From: Vampirovibrionales bacterium
GTDB lineage: Bacteria > Cyanobacteriota > Vampirovibrionia > Vampirovibrionales > Vampirovibrionaceae
NCBI GenBank assembly: GCA_016712355.1
Contig: JADJRF010000005.1
Span: 2,449,562-2,513,561 of the forward strand
Direction: 5' to 3'
Length of the DNA stretch: 64,000 bases
Made by a program: the position numbers and the translations under genes. Under the pieces are notes generated by a model, which ran no database searches, was not told the DNA's origin, and was given only the letters and a program-made list of their open reading frames with translations. Shown here piece by piece: positions 28,754 through 37,797 of the stretch. How positions within the stretch are numbered: the stretch's first letter is position 1; every line of letters begins with the position of its first letter.

Positions 28754-28802
28754 GCGAATGCGTCTGAGCATAGCGCCCTGAGGCGGCGCGCGTCAAGCGG
28801 AG

Positions 28803-29414
28803 TCAGCGGCGCGCGTCAAGCGGGGTCAGCAGCTCGCGCCGCTGAGTCCGCGCCTCGGTGACGATCCAGTCGACCGGATAATCCCACGGGGCCAGCGCCA
28901 CAGGCAGACGCTCGCAGAACAAGGCTTCTGGAATCGCGGCGATGGCGGTCAGACCCGCCGCCAGCGACCCGGCCAGAAATCGATCGTAACAGGCCTTGCC
29001 GTAGCCCAGACGATGGCCGCGCGCGTCGACCATCAGCGCCGGGGCGATCAGCGCGTCGCCGGGACGCGGAACATACGGGGGCGCCTGCGCAGACGGCTCG
29101 CGGATGCCGTAGGCGTTTTCGATCAGCGGCGTCTCGGGCTCGTAGCGGTGAAAGGTCAGCGCCTCGTCAGCGCCGTCCATGCGCGGCAAATAGAGGGCGG
29201 CCTGCGGCACGCGCGTGGTGAGCGGCCACAGGTCGATTTCATCTGATGTGGCGCAAAACAGCAACAGCGAGGGAGCCGACTGGACACAGGTCATCGCCGC
29301 CAGTCGCGCGATCAGGGCGGCGCCCAGCGCCTCGCGATCCAGGGTTCGACGCACGGCGCGCGCTTGGCGACGAAGCGCCTTCTTATCGCAGAATCGCGCG
29401 GTGATGTCTGACAT
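28803..29414 (-). CDS. 5-formyltetrahydrofolate cyclo-ligase
   Basis: GYGKACYDR (GYGxGYYDR-like) MTHFS signature and length ~200 aa. Confidence 0.8.
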   Translation of the reverse strand: MSDITARFCDKKALRRQARAVRRTLDREALGAALIARLAAMTCVQSAPSLLLFCATSDEIDLWPLTTRVPQAALYLPRMDGADEALTFHRYEPETPLIENAYGIREPSAQAPPYVPRPGDALIAPALMVDARGHRLGYGKACYDRFLAGSLAAGLTAIAAIPEALFCERLPVALAPWDYPVDWIVTEARTQRRELLTPLDARR

Positions 29415-29578
29415 TAGCGACAGGCCAAGCGCAAACGCGCCATCATTGGGGGGTCTCCGGGGTGAGGGAAGGGGAATGGGGAAGATTTAAAGGGATTTCA
29501 AGGGGATTTTTTGATTCTGGGTCGTTGAATTTTATTGTACAGTGAGGGCGCGCGCCGTATGAAAACGATAGTGCTGGT

Positions 29579-29899
29579 ATGACGCCTTCATCATCTTCTT
29601 CGTCATCGTCTTCCTCTTCGTCATCGCCCGGCGATTCTTCCGCATCGGTATGGGTGTCGCTGGGGGCCAGACTCAAACAGGCGCGCCAGCAACGCGGGCT
29701 CAAACAGGCGGATGCTGCGCGGCGCGTGGGCGTCTCAGTTTCCAGTATGTCGGCCATGGAGAACGGTCAGCGCAAAGTCGACGCCTTCGAGCTGTTCGCC
29801 TTGGCGCGCCTGTACCGTCAGCCGATGGACTGGTTCTTCAGCGGACACCCGGAACTGTGGAACGATTCGCACAAGCGCGCGCCAGCCGGACGCCTTTGA
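29579..29899 (+). CDS. XRE-family HTH transcriptional regulator with an N-terminal poly-serine tract
   Basis: HTH_3 core LKQARQQRGLKQADAARRVGVSVSSMSAMENGQR, preceded by 14 consecutive Ser codons (tca/tct/tcg/tcc mix). The antisense acidic ORF 29443..29757 is judged spurious. Confidence 0.6.
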   Translation: MTPSSSSSSSSSSSSSPGDSSASVWVSLGARLKQARQQRGLKQADAARRVGVSVSSMSAMENGQRKVDAFELFALARLYRQPMDWFFSGHPELWNDSHKRAPAGRL

Positions 29900-30063
29900 C
29901 GTAAAATAGGGATAGACCGCCCATGAGGGTCCAGCCCCAGCCCTCAAGATTCTCGCCAGACGACCGATACCGCTTGCGTCTGGTAACTTGTCCGGGTTTG
30001 AATTCCACGGTTTGTCACGTCTGTTTCGCTTGATGGATTCCCCTGTCTGAATGGCCTCGCCTG

Positions 30064-31029
30064 ATGCGACTGATTGAAACGCTGACCGGCCCGTCTTTAG
30101 CGCCCTCGTCCTGCGCGATGGGGATGTTTGACGGCGTGCATACGGGTCATCGCATGGTGCTGGAAAACGCCCTGCGCGAGGCCCGCGCCAACGGCTGGAT
30201 GAGCGTGGCGTTCAGCTTCGCCAATCATCCGCAGGCGCTGTTGTCGGCCACGCCCACCCAATTGCTGTCTTCGCGCGAGGAGCGGCTCGAGGCCTTCGCC
30301 GCCATGGGGTTTGACGCCGCCGTGATTCTGCCGTTCGATGAGGCCATGCGCGCCATTGAAGCGCCGGTCTTCGTCCAGCGGATTTTACGGGGATTTCTGA
30401 ACGTCAGAAGCGTCTCAGTCGGCTACGACTATCGCTTCGGGGCCGGGCGGCGCGGCGATTGCGATTATTTACGACAGTGCGCGGCCCGCGAGGGCTTTCA
30501 AGCGCAGATTGTCGACCCGGTGCGCGCGCCGGATGCCGATGGTCACGCGATTGTCAGCAGTACGCTGATTCGCAAGCTCCTCAATTTTGGCGACGTGAAG
30601 CAGGCCAATAGCTTGCTGGGGCAGCCTTACGCCCTGACAGGCCGCGTGACGGCCGGGGTGCAGCGCGGGCGTCAGTTGGGTTTTCCGACCGCGAATCTGG
30701 ACGTGGCGCCTCAGCGGCTGATTCCGGCGATTGGCGCGTATGCGGCTCAGGCGCGCGTGTGCGGCAAGACGTATCGCGCCGTGTGCAACATTGGCCATGC
30801 GCCTACGTTCGAGGACGCCTTTCCGCGCCGGGTGGAAGCGCATCTGCTGGACTATGACGGCCCGTCCTTCTACGACGAGACGATGCGCATCGCCTTTCTT
30901 GCCCGCCTTCGCGACGAGCGCGCATTCCCCAGCGCCGACGCGTTGGTTGAGCAGATCCGTCGCGATTGCGCCTCTGCGCGCGCGCTGACTGACGACGCTT
31001 CCGTTGTCGCCCATCCAGAACACGCCTGA
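30064..31029 (+). CDS. ribF: Bifunctional riboflavin kinase / FMN adenylyltransferase
   Basis: GMFDGVHTGH nucleotidyltransferase motif and C-terminal riboflavin kinase domain (PTANL, GR.LGFPTAN). Confidence 0.9.
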   Translation: MRLIETLTGPSLAPSSCAMGMFDGVHTGHRMVLENALREARANGWMSVAFSFANHPQALLSATPTQLLSSREERLEAFAAMGFDAAVILPFDEAMRAIEAPVFVQRILRGFLNVRSVSVGYDYRFGAGRRGDCDYLRQCAAREGFQAQIVDPVRAPDADGHAIVSSTLIRKLLNFGDVKQANSLLGQPYALTGRVTAGVQRGRQLGFPTANLDVAPQRLIPAIGAYAAQARVCGKTYRAVCNIGHAPTFEDAFPRRVEAHLLDYDGPSFYDETMRIAFLARLRDERAFPSADALVEQIRRDCASARALTDDASVVAHPEHA

Positions 31030-31760
31030 TGAAAATAAGCATCGCGTCAAAAATAGGAGCGGAGCTTGAGAGAGAGATCCGCATCTTCGAGCGCGACGAC
31101 ATTGACAGAGCCGTCGGGCGAATGCGTAACGGCTGCATTCAGGTGCAGGTGCCCAAACGCTGGTCGCAGCGGCACAAGGCGTCGGTCGCCGAAGAATTGG
31201 CGCGCAAGGTAAAAGAGCGCGAAGAAGAGCGCCGTCGCATCCTGCAGGAAATTGACCTCAGCCAGTCGCCGCGCGTCACCATTGAGACGAACGAGGCGCT
31301 TCAGGCGCTGGTGGACGAAATCAACGCGCAGACCTTTCGAATCGACGGCGTCCGGGCCGAAATCGGCAGTTCGCGCTATACCCGCCTCGCCCAGATGAAC
31401 ATCCGCACGCGGGTCATGCGGGTGTCGCGCTTCAGCCTGCGCAACGTCCCCCAGCAAAGCCTGCGGTATCTGCTGGTACATGAGCTGGCGCATTGTCTGG
31501 AAGCCAATCATAACAAACGCTTCTGGAAGCATGTGGAGCGCTTTGTACCCGATTATGAGCGCCAGAGCCGTATTATTCGGGCTGTTCACGCGCAGTCGGT
31601 GGCGGATGAAGAGCGCCTGCATCCTGCGCCGCCGCCCAAGAAACGCCAGCCCCGGCCCTTACCCACGCCTCCCACCCAGGAAGAATGGGCGCGGATGCCG
31701 GATTACATCAAAAAATTGATGCCCCCCTGGCATGAGTTGATCAAGATGTACTGGCCATGA
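31029..31760 (+). CDS. DUF45/YgjP-like (WLM/SprT-type) metal-dependent hydrolase
   Basis: HExxH motif in LLVHELAHCLEANH. Its stop/start is coupled with ribF upstream and glgA downstream. Confidence 0.7.
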   Translation: MKISIASKIGAELEREIRIFERDDIDRAVGRMRNGCIQVQVPKRWSQRHKASVAEELARKVKEREEERRRILQEIDLSQSPRVTIETNEALQALVDEINAQTFRIDGVRAEIGSSRYTRLAQMNIRTRVMRVSRFSLRNVPQQSLRYLLVHELAHCLEANHNKRFWKHVERFVPDYERQSRIIRAVHAQSVADEERLHPAPPPKKRQPRPLPTPPTQEEWARMPDYIKKLMPPWHELIKMYWP

Positions 31761-33172
31761 CGCGCGTCGTTTTCGCGGCGGCGGAAGCGGCTCCCTTCGT
31801 CAAGGTCGGCGGATTGGCCGATGTTGCGGGAAGTCTGCCCCCGGCGCTGGCCAGACTGGGCGCTTCCGTACTGCTAATACTCCCGAAATACGGCTTTATG
31901 GACCCCTCGGCCCACGGATTTGAACCCAGTTCGGAGCCCTTAATGGTCTCTTTCGACGGCCAGGCCTATCCGGTTCGACTCTGGCGCGGGCATCTGCCCA
32001 ATGGGGCGGGGCAAGCCGGGCCGCCGGCGTTGTGGATTGAGAACGACACGTTTTTTACGCCATGTCAGCAGGCGTATCCCGCAGAACATCCGACGTTTTC
32101 GATTGGGCGCTATTTGTTTTTCAGCGAATGCGTGTTCGCGGCGCTGCGACATCTGGATTTTCGGGCAGACATCCTGCATGCGCATGATTGGCATCTGGCC
32201 CCGGCCATTGACCGGCTGGCGGCCAAACGGCGGCAGATTCATCTGTTTCAGCAGACGGGCGCCGTGCTGACGATTCATAATCTGGCGTATCAGGGCCAAT
32301 GGGGCGACGAGAACTGGCTGGCGCGCGGCATTCGCTTTGCCGACGCCGTTACCACCGTCTCGCCCACGTACGCATGGGAAATTCAGACGCCAGAAGGCGG
32401 CTATGGCCTTGATGGGCTTCTGCGCGCCACGCCCGGCGGCGTTCGCGGGATTCTCAACGGCATTGATCCCGCCCTGTTTGATCCGGCGACAGACCCGCAT
32501 CTGAGCGCGCCGTATGACGCGACGGGTTTTGACGCAGGCAAGGCCGCCTGTAAGCGCTTCCTGCAAGAGCGCTTCGACCTGGCCGTCGATGCCAGCCGCC
32601 CCGTATTTGCGATGATCAGCCGCCTGGTCGAGCAAAAAGGGCTCGATATCCTGCTGCCCGCCCTAGCGCGCCTGGCCGACCCGCAATCGTCTGAGTATCT
32701 AAACGCCCAGTGGGTGATTCTCGGCAGCGGAGAACCCGCTTACGAAGAGGCGCTCGAAGCGATGGCGCAGCGTTTGCCGGACCTGCGGATTTGTCGGGGG
32801 TATCAGGCCGCGCTTAGTCAGCAAATTTACGCCGGATGCGATTTTTTCGTGATGCCAAGCCGCTTTGAGCCTTGCGGCCTGAGCCAGCTGATTGCCATGC
32901 GCTATGGCGCGCCGCCGGTCGTGCGCGCCACGGGCGGCCTTGCCGACACGGTGACGGATATTCGAGATGAGCCAAAAACCGGCGTCGGCGTCCGTTTTGG
33001 CGATTACAACGCCGATGCGCTCGTAGACGCGCTGAAAACCGCCGCCGCCCTGTACCCCGATCCGTGGCGACGCATGGCGCTCAACGGCATGGCGCGCGAT
33101 TTCAGTTGGACCCAGAGCGCCCGGGCTTATTGTGATTTATACGAAGAGCTCGCCAGCCGGGGCGAGCGGTAA
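31757..33172 (+). CDS. glgA: Glycogen (starch) synthase
   Basis: N-terminal AAEAAPFVKVGGLADVAGSLP (K-x-GGL motif) and GT5/GT1 C-terminal domain. Confidence 0.9.
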   Translation: MTRVVFAAAEAAPFVKVGGLADVAGSLPPALARLGASVLLILPKYGFMDPSAHGFEPSSEPLMVSFDGQAYPVRLWRGHLPNGAGQAGPPALWIENDTFFTPCQQAYPAEHPTFSIGRYLFFSECVFAALRHLDFRADILHAHDWHLAPAIDRLAAKRRQIHLFQQTGAVLTIHNLAYQGQWGDENWLARGIRFADAVTTVSPTYAWEIQTPEGGYGLDGLLRATPGGVRGILNGIDPALFDPATDPHLSAPYDATGFDAGKAACKRFLQERFDLAVDASRPVFAMISRLVEQKGLDILLPALARLADPQSSEYLNAQWVILGSGEPAYEEALEAMAQRLPDLRICRGYQAALSQQIYAGCDFFVMPSRFEPCGLSQLIAMRYGAPPVVRATGGLADTVTDIRDEPKTGVGVRFGDYNADALVDALKTAAALYPDPWRRMALNGMARDFSWTQSARAYCDLYEELASRGER

Positions 33173-34800
33173 CGCATCAGCTTGCCGCCGTAGCCAAGCC
33201 GGGGTTCTTCAATCAGAAAAGCATCGCGCAGGGCCTGACGCAAGGCGTGCGACCCGTGGGCCTGCCGACTGCGGTAGAAAAACAGCCAGACCCGCGACCA
33301 GCTCGCCAGTTGCGGCGTTGACGGCGCCGCAGTCCCAGCGGGAAAAAGCCCTCCGCGCGCCCAGTAGAGAATCGGCGTCTGCGGCCGATAGCGCATGAGG
33401 TAATAGGCCGCCTCACAGGGCGTGGCCAACGGGCCATTGATGGCCAGCAAGTCCGAAGGGGCGGCCTTGCCCGCCAATTGCGCCATCATCGCCCGGGCGG
33501 GGAATTTGGCTTTGTATCGCAGCGGCGCGCCCGGCCATACGGCCAATACGCCTGTGGCCAGCAGCGCCAGCGTCAGGACCGTCGCCGCGCTGCGCGAAAC
33601 CGCCCGCCGAAGCGGCAGCGCGCCCAAACCGAAAGCGGCCAGCACAATCGTGAGCGGGGCAATCAACATGGCATAACGGACGATCGTCAGGGTATGCGTG
33701 TCACCGAACCAGTCGACCACGCCCTGCGCCGCCAGCGGCAGTAAAATCCCCATAAACAGAAAGCCTTCGCGCGCAAGGGCGGGCTTGCGCCGCCTCATCG
33801 TCAGCGCGATAACAGCCAACGCGGCCAACAGCAGCACGCCGTAAAAAATACGCCCCCCGATGGTTTCGCCACCCAGCGTCGTCAGCGGCTCCCAGCCGAG
33901 CATACCCAACATACGCAACGGCGGCAGCAATCCCAGCGAGAAATGATCGCCGCCACTGGAGACGCCCGTGCGCTGCGCAAGCAAAATCGGGCTCCAGGCA
34001 GCCATCGCCAGCGTCAATGCCAGTCCTGCGCCCATCAGGGCCCGTCGCCGCGCCGCCCGCAGAGGGTCATCGCCGGAAGCGGCCAGCGCGCTGAAGGCGA
34101 ACAGCGCGTAAAACGGCGTCTGAAACCAGAAACTGTAGTGGGTGAAACACCCCGCAATGGCAGACAACGCCAAAACAACGGCCCATCGTTGAAAGCGCGC
34201 CCCGTACAGCGTCTGCCACAAGGCCAGAGCAGCCAAGGCCGACTCAAACAGAGCAAGCGCATACATGCGCCCTTCCTGAGCAAAGGCAAGCTGAAAAGGG
34301 CTGACGGCAGCCAGCAGCGCCGCCCATCGCGCGGTCCGGCGAGCTGCGCCCGGCGGGGCGACGGCAAACGCCAGCCCGTAAACCGGGACAATCATCAGAA
34401 CCGAAAACAGGACCGAGAATCCGCGTAAACTGGCCTCGGACAGGCCCCACGCGCCCAGCCACGGGTTCAGCAGCAGATAGTACAATGGCGCGTGGACGTT
34501 TTGCTTGAGCATCGCCGTCAACGCAGCCAGATCGAGCGGGCGCCAGGCAAGATGCCGCTCAAAAAACCACTGGGCCGTTTGCGCCCCTTCCGGCGGATGA
34601 CTGGGATAACCGCGCGCGGCGGCGACAATCAGCGAATTAATCTCGTCGAGCCACAGGCTGTCGTGCGACAGAAACAACAGGCGCAGCGCCAAGCCCAAGG
34701 CCATCAGCGCGATTAAAACCGGATCTATCGATCGAAAGGGGGCGATCGCACGGGTCAGCAACGCAGCCATTGTAGACGTTACGGACGTTGCGGACATCAT
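33127..34800 (-). CDS. GT39/ArnT-like (PMT_2) polytopic membrane glycosyltransferase
   Basis: 12+ TM helices and an N-terminal D-E containing loop (SLWLDEINSLIVAA) typical of the GT-C ArnT/PMT family. Confidence 0.6.
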   Translation of the reverse strand: MMSATSVTSTMAALLTRAIAPFRSIDPVLIALMALGLALRLLFLSHDSLWLDEINSLIVAAARGYPSHPPEGAQTAQWFFERHLAWRPLDLAALTAMLKQNVHAPLYYLLLNPWLGAWGLSEASLRGFSVLFSVLMIVPVYGLAFAVAPPGAARRTARWAALLAAVSPFQLAFAQEGRMYALALFESALAALALWQTLYGARFQRWAVVLALSAIAGCFTHYSFWFQTPFYALFAFSALAASGDDPLRAARRRALMGAGLALTLAMAAWSPILLAQRTGVSSGGDHFSLGLLPPLRMLGMLGWEPLTTLGGETIGGRIFYGVLLLAALAVIALTMRRRKPALAREGFLFMGILLPLAAQGVVDWFGDTHTLTIVRYAMLIAPLTIVLAAFGLGALPLRRAVSRSAATVLTLALLATGVLAVWPGAPLRYKAKFPARAMMAQLAGKAAPSDLLAINGPLATPCEAAYYLMRYRPQTPILYWARGGLFPAGTAAPSTPQLASWSRVWLFFYRSRQAHGSHALRQALRDAFLIEEPRLGYGGKLMRYRSPRLASSSYKSQ

Positions 34801-35525
34801 GGACGCAAGGCGAGCGCACGCTGATGCGCGTCGTTTTCGAGCGTATCGGGCAGCGACGACAACGTAAGCGGGCCATACCGGCGCTTGAGCGCCTTGAAAA
34901 TCAGCTCGTCGGCCAGCGCCGGGTTTTTGGGCAGCAGCGATCCATGCAGATACGTGCCGTAAATGCCGCCCACCGCGACGCCTTCGGTTTTATCGCGGCC
35001 ATTGTTGCCGCCCCCGCGTATCACGGTTCCCAATGGCGAGACGCCCGGCCCCAAAAAGGTTTGTCCGCTGTGATTCTCAAAGCCCGCCACGGTCGAGCCG
35101 TCCGGGCGGCGGATAGACACGTTGCCAATCATGCGTTTATCGCCTGCGATCGTATGGGCGTCGATCAGGCTGATGCCGGGAAGTTCTGGTCCTTGATGCG
35201 GACGGTAATAATGCCCGAGTAATTGATAGCCGCCGCAGATCGCCAGTATCACCGCGCCGAGCGCCACCGCCTCGCGCAGCGCGTCGGCCTTATGCGCGCG
35301 CAGATCCTCGCTGACGCGGATTTGCTGGCAGTCCTGCCCTCCGCCGATAAAATACAGATCGCAGGCCTCTGGATCCAGCGGCTCATCCGGCCCAATGGCG
35401 ACGATTTGCGCGTCGAATCCACGCCAGCGGGCGCGTTGCAACAGCGTCAGCAAATTGCCGCGATCCCCGTAGATATTCAACAGATCCGGATATAAATGGC
35501 CAATGACAAGCCGGATGTGAGCCAT
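34797..35525 (-). CDS. gatD: GatD-like glutamine amidotransferase (CobQ/GATase_3 family; lipid II isoglutaminyl synthase subunit-like)
   Basis: MAHIRLVIGHLYPDLLNIYGDRGN N-terminus and catalytic Cys in AICGGYQLLG. Start trimmed to the MAHIRL ATG. Confidence 0.6.
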   Translation of the reverse strand: MAHIRLVIGHLYPDLLNIYGDRGNLLTLLQRARWRGFDAQIVAIGPDEPLDPEACDLYFIGGGQDCQQIRVSEDLRAHKADALREAVALGAVILAICGGYQLLGHYYRPHQGPELPGISLIDAHTIAGDKRMIGNVSIRRPDGSTVAGFENHSGQTFLGPGVSPLGTVIRGGGNNGRDKTEGVAVGGIYGTYLHGSLLPKNPALADELIFKALKRRYGPLTLSSLPDTLENDAHQRALALRP

Positions 35526-35689
35526 AAAACAATCAACCCAGAAATCTACCCGGAAGCAACCGATTGTCAGGGCTTGCCCTGATTCTCTGCTCAGCATTCT
35601 ATCTCAGAAATAATGCGCGTGAGGCGGCAGGACCTGCCGCCGCGCCGGATGAAACGCGCTAAGGGCTTAGCCTGCGAGAATTCAGGCGT

Positions 35690-36706
35690 TTAAAGCCAAT
35701 GCTTCAGATACAGGTCCACCAGCCATGGGCCCGCAAACAGCGCAATCAGGGTTCCCAATACCAGCGCCGGGCCCAGAGGCATATACGTCAGGCTCTCGCT
35801 GCACTTCATCTGACGCAGGAACAGCAGAAGACAAACCAGACACAGCAGCAGGCTTGCCATGGCCAGCGCGCTGCGCCAGCCGCCCGCAAGCGGCAGTCTC
35901 ACCAGCCAGATCGGCAGCAAGCCGAACACGACGCCCAGCGCGCCCGCCGACAACGACACGTAATCGCGACGCTGAATCCACTGGATCAGCAGCGCCGGAA
36001 TGGCCAGCGCGGATTGCAGAATGAAGCCAAGCCCTAACGCCAGCGCCATCATCGGCCAGCCCAGAAACGCGCCGACGCCCATCATCAAGTGCGTGTCGCC
36101 ATGGCCGAAGCCTTCAGCGCCCAGGCATTTCTGACTGAGGAGAATCAACCCCTCAAAGAACACGAACGCCGCCGCGATGGCAATCAGCGCAGAAATCAGC
36201 CCGTCGGGAATCGCCGCGCCCAGGACCAGCGTCCTGGAAGCCGCCGGATTCCAGAAATTCAGCGCATGATACGCCAGTCCTGCCGGGATCAACGACAGCG
36301 AATTCACCTGGAAAATCAGGCTCTCCTTGAGATCGGTCAGCGTGATGACCACCAGATTGCAGACCAGAAAGAGCAACAACAGGGCCTGCCAGCTCAGCCC
36401 GGCAAACAGCAGCACGCCGACAAACAGACCAGCGGTCGCCAGTTCGGTCAGCGGATGCTCCCAGCCGATGGACGCCCCGCACGTGCGGCAGCGACCGCGC
36501 AAGGCCAGCCATGACGCAAGCGGAATATTCTCAAACCACGCCAGCGGACGCTTACAGGCCGGACAATGCGAAGCGGGAAACGTAATCGGCTGATCCGTCA
36601 GGAAGCGATGCGCCACGACATTCAGGAAACTCCCGAAGCACAGGCCCAAAATGGCGGCGAGGGCGTATAAATAGGGCCAATAGGCGGGTTCAGGCGTTAT
36701 CATCAT
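35690..36706 (-). CDS. pilD: Type IV prepilin peptidase (A24 family)
   Basis: N-terminal Zn-binding CPACKRPL...CRTCGASIGWEHPLTE and the catalytic polytopic DUF/peptidase_A24 core. Confidence 0.85.
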   Translation of the reverse strand: MMITPEPAYWPYLYALAAILGLCFGSFLNVVAHRFLTDQPITFPASHCPACKRPLAWFENIPLASWLALRGRCRTCGASIGWEHPLTELATAGLFVGVLLFAGLSWQALLLLFLVCNLVVITLTDLKESLIFQVNSLSLIPAGLAYHALNFWNPAASRTLVLGAAIPDGLISALIAIAAAFVFFEGLILLSQKCLGAEGFGHGDTHLMMGVGAFLGWPMMALALGLGFILQSALAIPALLIQWIQRRDYVSLSAGALGVVFGLLPIWLVRLPLAGGWRSALAMASLLLCLVCLLLFLRQMKCSESLTYMPLGPALVLGTLIALFAGPWLVDLYLKHWL

Positions 36707-36787
36707 AGAAATTCAGGGAGCGTTCCAGCAAAAAGGGCGTTGGGGAGGACTCTGGCAAAGCCTGTGGATGAGGCTATTATAGAGGGC

Positions 36788-37609
36788 TTACGTCTTGGCA
36801 GGCTGCGACAGGCGGCGCGACAGCAAGTCGAGGGCTTTGCGCAAACGGCGACTCACCTGCATCTGAGAGATGCCCAGGCGCTGGGCGATCTCATTCTGGC
36901 TGAGATCGTCGTAGTACGTCATTTGCACCACGGCGCGCAGCTCGTCGCTGAGACGCACCAGCTCGTTTTCCAGCGTGATTTTGTTTTCGCTGTGGCTGAG
37001 CACTTCAAAATATTTGTCGTCTACCAGCGTTTCGAGATAGACGGTCTCGCCGCCGCCGGAGGTGACGAATTGATCGAGCGAAATGGGCGCGCGGCGCCGG
37101 TCGGCCTCTTGCGCCTGGGTCACTTTGGAAAGCGGGCATTCGAGAAATTCGGCGATTTCGACGTCCGTCGGCATCCGGCCCAGATCTTCGCTGAGGCGAT
37201 GCACGATTTGATTGACCCGGTAATATAATTCGTAAATCTGACGCGGGGCTTTGATCATGCCGGTCTTATCGCGCAGATAATGCCGGATTTCGCCCGTAAT
37301 GAGATACGTGGCGTATGTCTTGAAACTCGCCCCGGAAGCGGGATTATACTTGTCGATGGCCTTGAGCAGGCCGATGCTGCCGGTCTGGATGATGTCATCG
37401 ACCGGGTCGGTATTGCGTCGGGCGAGACCGCGCGCGATTTTCGTGACATAGGGCATTACGCGCGAGACGATTTCGTTTCGCAGACGGGTCTTAACGGGAG
37501 AGGCTTCCTGCAAACGAGAATAGCGCAAGAGCATTTCGTTCAGCTCTGGCGTAAAAACCTTGTCCGAAAGAGATTTTCGGGGCATGTTGGACTCGACTCC
37601 GGCTCGCAT
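36788..37609 (-). CDS. Sigma-70 family RNA polymerase sigma factor (group 3, SigF/SigB-like)
   Basis: Region 2 (IQTGSIGLLKAIDKYNP...FKTYATYLITGEIRHYLRD), region 3 and region 4 HTH (LSQNEIAQRLGISQMQVSRRLRKAL). Confidence 0.85.
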   Translation of the reverse strand: MRAGVESNMPRKSLSDKVFTPELNEMLLRYSRLQEASPVKTRLRNEIVSRVMPYVTKIARGLARRNTDPVDDIIQTGSIGLLKAIDKYNPASGASFKTYATYLITGEIRHYLRDKTGMIKAPRQIYELYYRVNQIVHRLSEDLGRMPTDVEIAEFLECPLSKVTQAQEADRRRAPISLDQFVTSGGGETVYLETLVDDKYFEVLSHSENKITLENELVRLSDELRAVVQMTYYDDLSQNEIAQRLGISQMQVSRRLRKALDLLSRRLSQPAKT

Positions 37610-37797
37610 CCGGCGCGAGACGCGCCTTGTTGGGGTCTCCCTTCTGCCACGGTAACATTGCGCGGCGCGGCGGCGCCCCGTCTATTTTGATGATTCCGCG
37701 CGCACGCGACCTCTTTTTGGGGCGAGGCGCTCTTGACGTATAATCGGCTGGCCGCCTGTGGCGGCGCGTGCCCCTTTCAACCGTCAGGACCCTGTTT

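Noticed and set aside
28465-28796. ORFs 28465..28767 (+) and 28587..28796 (-)
   Set aside because: They overlap the tRNA-Val gene and have no protein features.
29443-29757. Minus-strand ORF with a poly-Asp/Glu tract
   Set aside because: It is antisense to the poly-Ser codons of the XRE gene, which has a clear HTH, and is most likely a mirror artefact of the low-complexity repeat.
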